Shown: in pieces, positions 15,314-24,839 of the stretch
Numbering within the stretch: the first letter of the stretch is position 1
Layout of the letters: each line of letters starts with the position of its first letter
NCBI GenBank assembly: GCA_964484145.1
Contig: CAZAED010000003.1
Span: forward strand, 1 to 58,516
Direction: 5' to 3'
Source: an uncultured Candidatus Saccharibacteria bacterium
GTDB taxonomy: Bacteria > Patescibacteriota > Doudnabacteria > UBA920
Length of the DNA stretch: 58,516 nucleotides
Position numbers and translations under genes: made by a program
Notes under the pieces: generated by a model
What the model was told of the DNA's origin: nothing
What the model saw: the letters and a program-made list of their open reading frames with translations, nothing else
Databases searched by the model: none

Positions 15314-16831
15314 ATGGCTGTATTATACAGAAAATATAGGCCCCAAACTTTTGCCCAAATTGTCGGGCAAAAGCCAATAGTCCGCACATTGCAAAATCAA
15401 ATTGCGAGCGGAGTTTTTGCTCATGCTTATTTGTTTACGGGAAGTAGAGGGGTGGGCAAGACTAGCGTTGCTAGAATATTTGCAAAGGCGGTAAATTGTG
15501 AAAGAAGAGAATTAGAGAAAGAGAGAAATAGTGAATTGGTCGGGGATGCGTGCGGGGAGTGTGCGGTTTGTAAGGCTATTGAGGCAGGTAACTTTATTGA
15601 CCTTATAGAAATTGACGCGGCTTCCAATACCGGAGTAGATAACGTTCGCGACATTATAGACCACGTAAAATTTTCGCCATCTTTAGGTAAGTATAAAGTT
15701 TTTATTATAGACGAAGTTCATATGCTCTCTAAGGGCGCTTTTAACGCGCTATTAAAAACCATAGAAGAGCCGCCCAAGCACGCTATATTTATTTTAGCTA
15801 CCACTGAAATTCAAAAAGTACCCGCAACTATAATTTCTCGAACCCAGCGGTTTGATTTTAAAGCTTATTCTGGGGCAGATATTAAAGAACATTTAAAAAC
15901 AATAATTCAAAAAGAAGGCTTGAATTATTCTGACGAGATTTTAGAATTAGTAGCCCAAAATGCCGGTGGCGGTATGCGTGATGCCTTGTCTATATTAGAC
16001 AAAATAACCACGCTAGGTCAAAGCGCAGAGGCAAGCGATGTTAGAGCGGTCTTAGGCATAACAGACGGGGCGCTGTTAAAACAAATAGTTGAACTTATTG
16101 GAGGTGGTAAGGCTCAGGAAATACCTGCTTTTTTTGAACTTCTGTTGGAAAAAGGTACAGATTTTTCTAGCTTTAATAAAGACTTGTTAGAATATTTAAG
16201 AAAGCTTTTGGTGCAAAAAATAACCGGTCAAGCAACAGAGGTTCTGGAAAATTTAACAGTGAATGATTTAATATTTGTTATTAGACTCTTTTTAAAGTCT
16301 TTTAAAGATCTGCAAACCTCGCCCAGTCCGGAAATTCCGCTATTACTTTCTGCTGTGGAGGCGGCCTTAAAAAAAAAGCCCAGTAATACACCAGCTGTAG
16401 CTCCTTTGTCTAAACCTGTAGTTACACAGCAGCCTGTTGTGAGGGTTTCCGAGCAAGCTTCCGCGGCTGTTTTAGAGCCAGTAAGTATTACCGCTTCTTA
16501 CGATGAGGCCGTCACAATAGAAGAGGTTAAAGTTTTTTGGCCAAAAGTTGTTTCAAAAATAAAAGACCAAAATGGTCCGTTAGGCAGCCTGTTAAGAGCA
16601 GCTCAAATTATAGCTATAAAGAATGGAAAAATTGTTGTTTGTGTTAAGTATCAGTTTGATATAAAAACAATAGAAAAAAATATGAGTTTTATAATCCAGG
16701 TAATTACAGAAATTAGTGGTAGAAATTTGGGCGTTGTAGGTGAATTGCCTGATAAATCGGCTGAAGCTCAAAATCCAGTCGCTGCTTTGAGTGATGCGCT
16801 TAAGATATTTGGAGGGGAAATAGTAGAATGA
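15314..16831 (+). CDS. dnaX: DNA polymerase III subunit gamma/tau
   Basis: YRP--F--IVGQ, Walker A GSRGVGKTS, a Cys cluster and DEVHMLS motifs. Carries a word-repeat insertion in the zinc module. Confidence 0.93.
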   Translation: MAVLYRKYRPQTFAQIVGQKPIVRTLQNQIASGVFAHAYLFTGSRGVGKTSVARIFAKAVNCERRELEKERNSELVGDACGECAVCKAIEAGNFIDLIEIDAASNTGVDNVRDIIDHVKFSPSLGKYKVFIIDEVHMLSKGAFNALLKTIEEPPKHAIFILATTEIQKVPATIISRTQRFDFKAYSGADIKEHLKTIIQKEGLNYSDEILELVAQNAGGGMRDALSILDKITTLGQSAEASDVRAVLGITDGALLKQIVELIGGGKAQEIPAFFELLLEKGTDFSSFNKDLLEYLRKLLVQKITGQATEVLENLTVNDLIFVIRLFLKSFKDLQTSPSPEIPLLLSAVEAALKKKPSNTPAVAPLSKPVVTQQPVVRVSEQASAAVLEPVSITASYDEAVTIEEVKVFWPKVVSKIKDQNGPLGSLLRAAQIIAIKNGKIVVCVKYQFDIKTIEKNMSFIIQVITEISGRNLGVVGELPDKSAEAQNPVAALSDALKIFGGEIVE

Positions 16832-16940
16832 CAAGAATGAGCAAGATTGACATGAATGACATGAATAGAATACACTATTAATAGACATTAATAAATTCTT
16901 GACAATCTTGTTCGATCATTTAAATCTTGTCAATTAAACT
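16826..16940 (+). repeat. word-hairpin, family E (GACAAGAAT/GAGCAAGATT vs ATTCTTGAC/ATCTTGTC), includes dnaX stop codon
   Basis: The 23-mer GAATGACAAGAATGAGCAAGATT (16826-16848) recurs exactly at 51957-51979. The 3' arm is AATTCTTGACAATCTTGTTCGATCATTTAAATCTTGTCAATT. Confidence 0.88.
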
Positions 16941-18608
16941 GTGCTTGAAACAAAAGAACAAAAACAATACTTTGGAATAGTTGTGGTACTAATAATTTCT
17001 TTAATTGGCGTTTCGGTTTGGAACCGCACGTCTTTTACCTTTACAGACAAAAAGAATTACACGAATCAGAATAGTGAGGTTGAAATGGCCCGCAAGTATT
17101 TGGCCTACGTAAATAGTTTGCCTATAGACAAGGCTGCTAGTAAAGACTTATTCCAAACAATAATTACAGACAAAGAAATAAAACAGGAAGTTGTAATGGC
17201 TTTAGGGTCAGACAAGCCTGTTAATATGCCCGCGGTGGATTCTAGTAGTTTTAAAATACAGCAAGTTTCAGGTAAGCCCGCCATGGAAAAATATTTAAGC
17301 GATACGGTAAGTAAGACTTTAGATTTTAATACTCAAGCCACGCAAATTCAAACCGCGCTTTTTACCGGGGACCAAAATAGTTTAGAAAAAGCAAAAACGC
17401 TTTATAATGCTTATAAACAAGAGTTGCTAGCTGTGGAAGTTCCTAAAGAAGCTCAAAATTTACATGAAAATTTAGTTTTAACCATGGAGAGTTATGGAAA
17501 ATTGCTGAATACTTCTCAAAATTATGACCCTGGGGATTATACAAAAAATGACGCGATTTGGCCTGAAGTGTACCAAAATTACGCAGTTATAAATAATGCG
17601 GCAAAAAATTATGTCGAAGGTTTAACAAAATTAACCACTAAGTATCAAATAGCGGAAATTAATATACCGCTAAATATTGTCGACTCCTCATTGCCAACGA
17701 AAAATCCGTTTATAAAAACCGCGAACGCATTTTTAGGTATTGGCGACGTAACTGTTACAGTCGGCGACATACCAAGAATTATTATGGACGCGATAAAAGA
17801 AGGGCTTAGAAGCGCCTTTGTTTCTTTTATGGGTACTATGCTTAACAAGCTAATTGCCAAAATTGAGAGCAATTATATGATTGCCAATTTTTTGTACTAC
17901 TCGGATGCGCTCGTGGCCGGCCAGTACACCGACGACTACTTAAATAAGTATGTTGCGCTGCAGTCTGACAGGCAAATAATAAAGCGGTTTATACCTCAGT
18001 TTTCCTGTGGAAGAAATACAGCAGACTTACGCCCTGTTTTTGAAGCACAAGCTAAAGATTATTTGGGTTTTGTTCCTCAAAATATTAGCCCCAATGACCC
18101 GGATTATTATTCCAAAATGGCAAAAGTAGGGGATTTTATGGCCTCTCCAACCGGCTGGCAGGTTTATTATCAGGATATTGCTGACGAGGCTGAAGCTGAA
18201 GCGGAAAAAAATGCGGACAGGGAATTAACAAGTTCCGGACTTAAGGCAGCCAGAGACCAGCTAAAAAGTGGTTTAGCTAAGTCCGTAAGCAGTTTAGTTA
18301 GCGCGCAAAGAGCTAGTTTTACTTCGCTTTTACAGTTAGGGGCTCAGAACGCGGATGGGATAATTAGCGGTTTTGTTAGTCAGCTTACTCAAACTTTAAT
18401 TAATAACTTCGTTTTTAAAGGAGTTACCGGGGGACCTGCTTCCGGGGTGGGTGTATTAAAAGAACAAGCGACTTGTGTTGCAGTGGCTCAAATTCAGCCA
18501 ATTTTAGCTTTAGATCAGACAGAGTACATACAGCCTCCTCCTCCGCCAACGACAGACCAGATATTTTGTCAGGAAAACCCTGCTGATTCAAGGTGTTCTC
18601 CCAGATAA
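16941..18608 (+). CDS. hypothetical membrane-anchored protein
   Basis: GTG start, one N-terminal TM helix, Pro-rich Cys-containing C-terminus, terminator downstream. Confidence 0.65.
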   Translation: MLETKEQKQYFGIVVVLIISLIGVSVWNRTSFTFTDKKNYTNQNSEVEMARKYLAYVNSLPIDKAASKDLFQTIITDKEIKQEVVMALGSDKPVNMPAVDSSSFKIQQVSGKPAMEKYLSDTVSKTLDFNTQATQIQTALFTGDQNSLEKAKTLYNAYKQELLAVEVPKEAQNLHENLVLTMESYGKLLNTSQNYDPGDYTKNDAIWPEVYQNYAVINNAAKNYVEGLTKLTTKYQIAEINIPLNIVDSSLPTKNPFIKTANAFLGIGDVTVTVGDIPRIIMDAIKEGLRSAFVSFMGTMLNKLIAKIESNYMIANFLYYSDALVAGQYTDDYLNKYVALQSDRQIIKRFIPQFSCGRNTADLRPVFEAQAKDYLGFVPQNISPNDPDYYSKMAKVGDFMASPTGWQVYYQDIADEAEAEAEKNADRELTSSGLKAARDQLKSGLAKSVSSLVSAQRASFTSLLQLGAQNADGIISGFVSQLTQTLINNFVFKGVTGGPASGVGVLKEQATCVAVAQIQPILALDQTEYIQPPPPPTTDQIFCQENPADSRCSPR

Positions 18609-18621
18609 TATATATTTTTAC

Positions 18622-18650
18622 AAAAAACCGCTGTAAATGGCGGTTTTTGT
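18622..18650 (+). terminator. intrinsic terminator
   Basis: AAAAACCGC-TGTAAATG-GCGGTTTTTGT. Confidence 0.85.
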
Positions 18651-18741
18651 GTTATAATATGTATAAGTTTAATTATTTTTTGTAATAAGCCTTGTTAATA
18701 TTTTGTATAATAAATACAAAATAATTAACTAAAAAGATTCT

Positions 18742-20022
18742 ATGGAAAATCCTTCAGAAATAAAGGAATTTGAAAATTCTAATCCTGCTCCGGAGCATAA
18801 AGTTACCGAAACAAAACAAGTTCCGCCCCACCACCATAATTCGCTTTTTGTGGTGGTTATTGTTTTAAGTTTGTTGTTTGGCTCAATTGGAGGTTCGGCT
18901 AGTACAATGTTTTTAATAAAAAACGGCAAGCTAATAGGAACGGACAAAACTGGTATTCTAAGTAGTAAAAAAGTTACTCTACAAGAAGATTCTGCAATTA
19001 TAGATGTAGTTAAGAAATCCAGACCGGCTGTAGTTTCTATAGTTATAAGTAAAGATTTAAGTAAATTGCCGGGTTATGGAATGAACCCGTTTGGTAACGA
19101 CTTCTTTTCTCCAATTTTTGGTTTTCCTTCTTCTGGTAATAATTCGGGCGGACCCGATGTTCAGCAAGTTGGAGCAGGAAGCGGATTTTTTGTTTCAGCC
19201 GACGGACTTATTTTAACTAACAGGCATGTGGTGGAAGATACCTCGGCTAGTTATACGGTTTTAACTAATGACGGCAAAAAATACGACGCCACTGTTTTAG
19301 CGCGCGACCCTGTTAATGACTTAGCAATTGTAAAAATAGATATTAAGGACGCGGCATTTTTACAACTTTCAGATTCGTCTAAATTGGAGGTGGGTCAGCA
19401 CGTGGTAGCTATTGGTAATGCTTTGGGTGAATATCAGAATTCGGTAACTAGCGGTATAGTTAGCGGTATTGGCCGCAGTATAACCGCAGGCGGAGAAAGT
19501 GGTAGTGAGAGTTTAGAAGGTGTTATTCAAACAGATGCGGCCATAAACCCCGGTAATAGCGGAGGACCGCTTTTAGATTTAGATGGGCAAGTGGTAGGCA
19601 TAAACACAGCCGTTGACCAACAAGGTCAATTGGTAGGTTTTGCTATACCTTCAAACGACGCGCAAAAAGATTTAACCAGCTTTCAAAAAAACGGTAAAAT
19701 TAGCAGGCCAATGTTAGGGGTTAGATATATTATGATAACCCAGGCTTTGGCAGACAGCCAAAAATTACCCCGTTCTTACGGCGCTTTAGTTGTAAGAGGT
19801 GAAAAGGTAACAGATTTTTCTGTTTTGCCCGGCAGTCCCGCGGACAAAGCCGGAATAGTTGAGAACGATATTATTTTAGCAGTCGGCGGAGTTAAAGTAG
19901 ACGGTGAAAATACTTTAGCCAAGCTTTTAAAACCGTTTAATACCGGGGACGAGATTACTTTAAAAATTTATCATAAAGGGGACGAGAAGACTATTAAGGT
20001 GAAGCTTGAGGATAGCAAGTAA
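18742..20022 (+). CDS. htrA: HtrA/DegP-family serine protease with PDZ domain
   Basis: Catalytic-triad contexts TNRHVV, DLAIVK and GNSGGPL, plus a C-terminal PDZ-like region. Confidence 0.9.
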   Translation: MENPSEIKEFENSNPAPEHKVTETKQVPPHHHNSLFVVVIVLSLLFGSIGGSASTMFLIKNGKLIGTDKTGILSSKKVTLQEDSAIIDVVKKSRPAVVSIVISKDLSKLPGYGMNPFGNDFFSPIFGFPSSGNNSGGPDVQQVGAGSGFFVSADGLILTNRHVVEDTSASYTVLTNDGKKYDATVLARDPVNDLAIVKIDIKDAAFLQLSDSSKLEVGQHVVAIGNALGEYQNSVTSGIVSGIGRSITAGGESGSESLEGVIQTDAAINPGNSGGPLLDLDGQVVGINTAVDQQGQLVGFAIPSNDAQKDLTSFQKNGKISRPMLGVRYIMITQALADSQKLPRSYGALVVRGEKVTDFSVLPGSPADKAGIVENDIILAVGGVKVDGENTLAKLLKPFNTGDEITLKIYHKGDEKTIKVKLEDSK

Positions 20023-20075
20023 AATTATTTTAATTAACCTAATTATTCTAAATAATTTCTAAATACTAATTTCTA

Positions 20076-20462
20076 ATGTCTAAAACCCTAGGGATCGACT
20101 ATGGCACAAAGAGGATTGGTTTGGCGATTTCTGATGAGTCGCAGACTTTTGCGCGGGAGCTTAGTATACTTTCACCAAAGGAGTTTTGGGATAAAATCTT
20201 GGCTATTATTGAAGAACATCAGATTACCCAAATCGTCCTTGGTTGGCCGCTTAATATGAGTGGGGAAATGACTAAAAAAACCAAAGAAGTGGAAAATTTT
20301 AAACAGAAATTAGAGAAAATGGTGGAAATTAAAGTGGTAATTATAGACGAGCGTTTATCATCGACTTTTGCTCAAAACATCAGCGGCAGTAAAAAAAACT
20401 TAGACAGCTTCGCTGCACAAATATTACTTCAAAATTATTTGAATAAACAAAAAACTAAATGA
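20076..20462 (+). CDS. ruvX: Holliday junction resolvase-like RuvX/YqgF
   Basis: LGIDYGTKRIGLAISD N-terminus, DERLSS motif, ~130 aa. Confidence 0.88.
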   Translation: MSKTLGIDYGTKRIGLAISDESQTFARELSILSPKEFWDKILAIIEEHQITQIVLGWPLNMSGEMTKKTKEVENFKQKLEKMVEIKVVIIDERLSSTFAQNISGSKKNLDSFAAQILLQNYLNKQKTK

Positions 20463-20905
20463 GTTTAAATTTAGGATCGCAAAAACAGAATAGTGATTTG
20501 CAGAAATACCCTAATAAAATAATAGATAACACAACGCATAATTTTGTCTCATTCTTTTATATTTTATTCGTTATACTTTTTGCTTTTTTTGTTGATGGAA
20601 GCCCGGCGTCGTATGACGGGAATTGGTGGGGAATTGGCAGAACTGTAACTTTTTGGTCTGTGCTTTTTGTAAACATAATCACGGGACTTATTTTAACTAA
20701 TATATTGGCGCCTTTGAGAAGGCGGATATTTAATGAGGTATTAATATTATTTATTTATTTGGTAATAATTATATTAAAATTTGGACCGTTGTCTTTATAC
20801 TCGAATTATTACTCAAACGAGTATATAAATTATTTACTCGCAGGAATTCCTTTTTTGTTAGTTTTATTAGTCTCAACGTTCAAATATTTTTTCAGAAATA
20901 AATAA
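20459..20905 (+). CDS. hypothetical membrane protein
   Basis: ATGA overlap with ruvX; four predicted TM helices. Confidence 0.65.
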   Translation: MSLNLGSQKQNSDLQKYPNKIIDNTTHNFVSFFYILFVILFAFFVDGSPASYDGNWWGIGRTVTFWSVLFVNIITGLILTNILAPLRRRIFNEVLILFIYLVIIILKFGPLSLYSNYYSNEYINYLLAGIPFLLVLLVSTFKYFFRNK

Positions 20906-21973
20906 ATGTCAGAATTTCGACAAAATCCAATAACTAAATCTTGGGTGCTTGTAGCCCCGGGGCGTAATAAGCGGCCGGATCAGTATAAGACTTACAGTGT
21001 TATGCATGGTGTGCCGGAATACGACGAAAAATGTGTTTTTTGTCCTGGAAACGAAAATTTAAACCCAGAAATTGAAAGATTTAGTTTTAATGGAGATTTG
21101 TTACCATCACCACGCCAGCCCTCCTTCGCCAAGGCTTCGGAGGGCACTCCGTCTTTAAAAAATTTTGGTATGTCGGAGTGGGAAATTCGTATTATCCCAA
21201 ATAAATTTGCGTCACTTGAACATTCTGCCAGTTATAGCCATAAAGAATTTTATATTTCGCACAGTGGCGACGGCGACCACGAAGTTATTATTACCAGAAA
21301 ACACAACGAACCTGTTGCGCTCCAGTCTATTGGCTTAGTAGAAAGCACTTTAAAAGTTTTTATAAGAAGAATAAATGAATTAGACAAGCATAAAGAATTA
21401 GCCTACATACAGCTTTTTCACAACCATGGTCGCGACGCCGGGGCAAGTATAATTCACCCTCACTACCAGCTTATGGCTACGCCAATAGTGCCTTCCCATA
21501 TTCACGACGAAATAGTTGGGTGTCAGCATTATTTTGGGGTTCATGGTACAGACATTTACGGCGATATGCTCAAAGAGGAGTTAAAAGTAAAAGACAGAAT
21601 TTTGTATGAAAGCGACCACTTTGTAGTTTTGTCCGCTTATGCCTCACGTCAGCCTTTTGAAACTTGGATTATTCCAAAGCGCCAGTCCGCTAGGTTTGAA
21701 GAAATGACACCTGACGAAATTAAACACCTTTCTTTTGTGCTAAAAGTAACACTTGGGCAACTATACACCAAACTTTCCGACCCGCCGCTTAATTTTTATG
21801 TTCACAACATGCCGCTTAGACGCGAAAGTAAAACTTACAACGAACACGCTTACCGTTGGCACCTTACAATTTTTCCGAGAATTACCATGTGGGCCGGCTT
21901 CGAATTCGCAACCGGCATTCCCGTAAACCCTATTCCACCCGAGGTAACGGCTAAGTTTTTGAAAGGGGAATAA
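20906..21973 (+). CDS. galT: galactose-1-phosphate uridylyltransferase-family (HIT-like) nucleotidyltransferase
   Basis: CVFCPGNE zinc motif and HPHYQL (HxHxQ) active-site motif. Contains a GC-rich hairpin insertion. Confidence 0.8.
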   Translation: MSEFRQNPITKSWVLVAPGRNKRPDQYKTYSVMHGVPEYDEKCVFCPGNENLNPEIERFSFNGDLLPSPRQPSFAKASEGTPSLKNFGMSEWEIRIIPNKFASLEHSASYSHKEFYISHSGDGDHEVIITRKHNEPVALQSIGLVESTLKVFIRRINELDKHKELAYIQLFHNHGRDAGASIIHPHYQLMATPIVPSHIHDEIVGCQHYFGVHGTDIYGDMLKEELKVKDRILYESDHFVVLSAYASRQPFETWIIPKRQSARFEEMTPDEIKHLSFVLKVTLGQLYTKLSDPPLNFYVHNMPLRRESKTYNEHAYRWHLTIFPRITMWAGFEFATGIPVNPIPPEVTAKFLKGE

Positions 21974-22013
21974 GCAGAACAATTAACAATTGACGATTAA
22001 CAATTAACATAAA
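21974..22013 (+). repeat. family F words (ACAATTAACAATTGACGATTAACAATTAAC), 5'-type block only
   Basis: The same words follow tktN (24734-24768) and overlap the pfkB stop (29707-29737). Their complement precedes dinB (43066-43098). Confidence 0.8.
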
Positions 22014-22697
22014 ATGAAAAAATTAATTATTGCTAACTGGAAACTTAATCCAACCACTTTAAAAGAAGCACAGAAACTTGCTGCTGCTATTCAAAGAACA
22101 AAAAAGAATACTGTAGTTTTGTGTCCGCCGACAATTTATTTATCGCAAATTCAATACCCTTTAGTTGGGTCGCAAGATTCTTTTTGGGAAGAGAAGGGGG
22201 CTTTTACCGGACAGGTCAGCCCCTTACAGTTAAAAACACTTAAAATAAAATACTCTATAATCGGCCATAGTGAAAAACGAGCAACTGGGGAGAGTGATGA
22301 AATGGTAAACGCAAAAGTTAAGGCAGCACTTTTGCATGGTATTATACCTGTACTATGCGTTGGTTTTGGAACAACAGTAGAGCAAGATGACCTTGAAGTG
22401 ACCGATGTTTTAAAACAGCAACTTGATATAGATTTAAAAGGTATAGATGCTACGAAGGTAGTGGTAGCATATGAGCCTGTCTGGGCAATTGGTACAGGCA
22501 AAGTCGCAAGTCCGGAACACGCGGAGACCGTAGGGCTTTTTATAAAAAATCGCTATGGTGTAAAAAAAGTTTTGTACGGCGGCAGTGTTAGCCCTACTAA
22601 CGCCAAAGGCTTTTTAGACCAGAGAAATGTAGATGGACTTTTGGTTGGTGGTGCGAGTTTGGTACCTATGTACTTTAATACTATTATTAACTTGTAG
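22014..22697 (+). CDS. tpiA: triosephosphate isomerase
   Basis: ANWK, GHSE-R and AYEPVWAIGTG motifs. Confidence 0.93.
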   Translation: MKKLIIANWKLNPTTLKEAQKLAAAIQRTKKNTVVLCPPTIYLSQIQYPLVGSQDSFWEEKGAFTGQVSPLQLKTLKIKYSIIGHSEKRATGESDEMVNAKVKAALLHGIIPVLCVGFGTTVEQDDLEVTDVLKQQLDIDLKGIDATKVVVAYEPVWAIGTGKVASPEHAETVGLFIKNRYGVKKVLYGGSVSPTNAKGFLDQRNVDGLLVGGASLVPMYFNTIINL

Positions 22698-22748
22698 TGC
22701 GCCGATTTATCGGCCATTATCAGCAAGGCCCATAAATGGGCACGCTAC
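22694..22748 (+). repeat. two-hairpin element, copy 2, overlapping tpiA stop codon
   Basis: GTAGTGCGCCGATTTATCGGCC...GGCCCATAAATGGGCACGCTAC, with the TAG stop at 22695-22697. The C-to-T change in the outer stem keeps pairing as G-U. Confidence 0.88.
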
Positions 22749-22757
22749 ACATACAAT

Positions 22758-23204
22758 ATGATATATATAGCCTCGGATCATGCTGGTTACGAGTTAAAAA
22801 ACAAAATTATCAGCCACTTAAAAGAAACCGGGCAGGAAGTTGAAGATTGCGGACCTTTTGTGTTTGACAAAGACGACGATTACCCGGATTTTTGCTACCC
22901 TTGTGCTGTTAAGGTAGGTCAAAATCCAGGCAGTATGGGAATAGTTTTGGGTATGAGTGGTAACGGCGAAGCTATTGTTGCAAATAAAGCCAAAGGGGTC
23001 AGAGCCGCACATTATTACGGCGGGCATGAAGAAATTGTAAAATTAGCGCGTCAGCACAACAACGCAAACGTACTTTCTATAGGCGCAAAGTTTATTTCTG
23101 AGGACGAAGTTTTAAGAGCGGTGGACTTGTTTATAGAAACCGGGTTTGAAGGTGGAAGACACAAAAGAAGAATTGACAAGATTGACATTCTTGAACAAGA
23201 ATGA
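22758..23204 (+). CDS. rpiB: ribose-5-phosphate isomerase B
   Basis: IYIASDHAGYELK N-terminus and GGRH-RRI-KI C-terminal motif. Confidence 0.92.
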   Translation: MIYIASDHAGYELKNKIISHLKETGQEVEDCGPFVFDKDDDYPDFCYPCAVKVGQNPGSMGIVLGMSGNGEAIVANKAKGVRAAHYYGGHEEIVKLARQHNNANVLSIGAKFISEDEVLRAVDLFIETGFEGGRHKRRIDKIDILEQE

Positions 23205-23229
23205 CAAGAATGACAAACTAATTACACAT

Positions 23230-23868
23230 ATGGCTATTATCCTTCCAGCGATTTTAGAAAAAACTAAGGAAGCTTTTGAACAAAGGCTTGCTTTGGTTTG
23301 TAAAATCCCGGGTGTTACAAAAATTCAGGTAGATTTTGGGGATGGGGAATTTATAGAAAATAAGCTTTTAGAAGCAGGAGAGATGGATACTTTAAACCCG
23401 GCCTTTGAATGGGAAGCGCATTTAATGGTAAAAAATCCTAACGACTTTTTAGACTATCAAATTTGCGGGTTTAAAACTTTAATTGTGCATTATGAGGCTT
23501 TTGAAAATTCGGACGATCTTAAAAAATCGTTGGCCGATATTAAGGGTATGGGCTTTAAAACCGGTGTTGCAATTAATCCAGACACAATGGTAAATGTTTT
23601 AAAAGAAGTGTCAGCTGACCAATATCTTATTATGTCTGTTGTTCCAGGCAAGCAAGGTCAAGCGTTTTTACCATCTACAATAGATAGAATAAAAGAATTA
23701 CGCGCCATTTACCCCCATGCTATAATAGAAGTAGACGGCGGAGTAAACGAAACCAACATAAAAAGTATAAAACAAGCCGGTGCGGATTTAATATGCGTAG
23801 GCTCGGCTTTAGTAAAGGCGGAGAATTTAAACATTGCTTATGAAAGTTTAAATAAAATGATGGTGTAA
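23230..23868 (+). CDS. rpe: ribulose-phosphate 3-epimerase-like
   Basis: HLMV, NPDT, MSVVPGKQGQAF and VDGGVN motifs. The ATG at 23230 avoids the overlap with rpiB that the tracked ORF start (23146) implies. Confidence 0.8.
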   Translation: MAIILPAILEKTKEAFEQRLALVCKIPGVTKIQVDFGDGEFIENKLLEAGEMDTLNPAFEWEAHLMVKNPNDFLDYQICGFKTLIVHYEAFENSDDLKKSLADIKGMGFKTGVAINPDTMVNVLKEVSADQYLIMSVVPGKQGQAFLPSTIDRIKELRAIYPHAIIEVDGGVNETNIKSIKQAGADLICVGSALVKAENLNIAYESLNKMMV

Positions 23869-23878
23869 AAATCAAAAA

Positions 23879-24733
23879 ATGCAAAAATTGGGGGTTAACG
23901 AATTAAAATACAAATCAAACGACATTAGGCAGGATATTATAGAAATGTTGCTTGCCGCGGGGAGCGGACACAGTGCCGGGCCTTTAGGTATGGCCGATGT
24001 TTTTGCTTGCTTGTATTTTAATGTAATGGAGCATGACCCTCGGGATCCTAAACTGGAAAACCGTGACCGTTTAATACTTTCGTGTGGGCATATAAATCCG
24101 GTTTTGTATGCAAGCTTAGCCGAGGCCGGATATTTTAGAAAAGAAGAACTTTTAACTTTAAGAAAATTTGGTACCAGGCTTCACGGACACCCACATAATT
24201 TAGCTTTGCCCGGCATAGAAACATCGTCCGGTCCTTTGGCGCAAGGCACCAGCCAAGCCTGCGGAATGGCTTACGGACTTTTAATGGATAGGAAAAAATC
24301 CCAAAGAATTTATTTAATTATGTCCGACGGTGAACAGCAGGAAGGCCAAACCTGGGAAGCGGTTATGTTTGCCGGTAAATATAAACTTCATAACATAACC
24401 GCAATAATGGATAGGAATAATATTCAAATAGATGGTTATACCGAAGATGTTATGCCTTTAGAAAAACTTAAAGAAAAATACGAAGCTTTTAACTGGCATG
24501 TGCTTGAAGTAGACGGGCATAACCACCAGCAAATTATAGACGCCTGCAATGAAGCAAAAGCTATTTACGAAAAACCAACGTTGATCATTGCGCATACTAT
24601 ACCCGGCAAAGGGGTAGATTTTATGGAATACGACTACAAGTGGCACGGCACTCCACCGAACAAAGAACAGGCAAAAATAGCGCTAGATGAACTTAGAACT
24701 TTGCGGGGGCAAATAACTAGCGAACATCAGTAG
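23879..24733 (+). CDS. transketolase, N-terminal (TPP-binding PP domain) subunit
   Basis: GSGHSAGPLGMADV, GHP and SDGE-QEGQ-WEA motifs. 284 aa, the size of a split transketolase N half. Confidence 0.9.
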   Translation: MQKLGVNELKYKSNDIRQDIIEMLLAAGSGHSAGPLGMADVFACLYFNVMEHDPRDPKLENRDRLILSCGHINPVLYASLAEAGYFRKEELLTLRKFGTRLHGHPHNLALPGIETSSGPLAQGTSQACGMAYGLLMDRKKSQRIYLIMSDGEQQEGQTWEAVMFAGKYKLHNITAIMDRNNIQIDGYTEDVMPLEKLKEKYEAFNWHVLEVDGHNHQQIIDACNEAKAIYEKPTLIIAHTIPGKGVDFMEYDYKWHGTPPNKEQAKIALDELRTLRGQITSEHQ

Positions 24734-24839
24734 AGAACAATTAACAATTAACGATTGACAATTAACTCTAAGCAAAGCGTGTTACCTAGTTTGCTTTGCG
24801 ATCGCTAATATCTAAAATCTATCAACTAACAACTAATCT

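Noticed and set aside
16829-16831. Alternative genetic code (UGA recoding, as in some CPR lineages)
   Set aside because: TGA terminates dnaX, rpiB and ftsI at lengths consistent with their families. No conserved gene here needs read-through of TGA.
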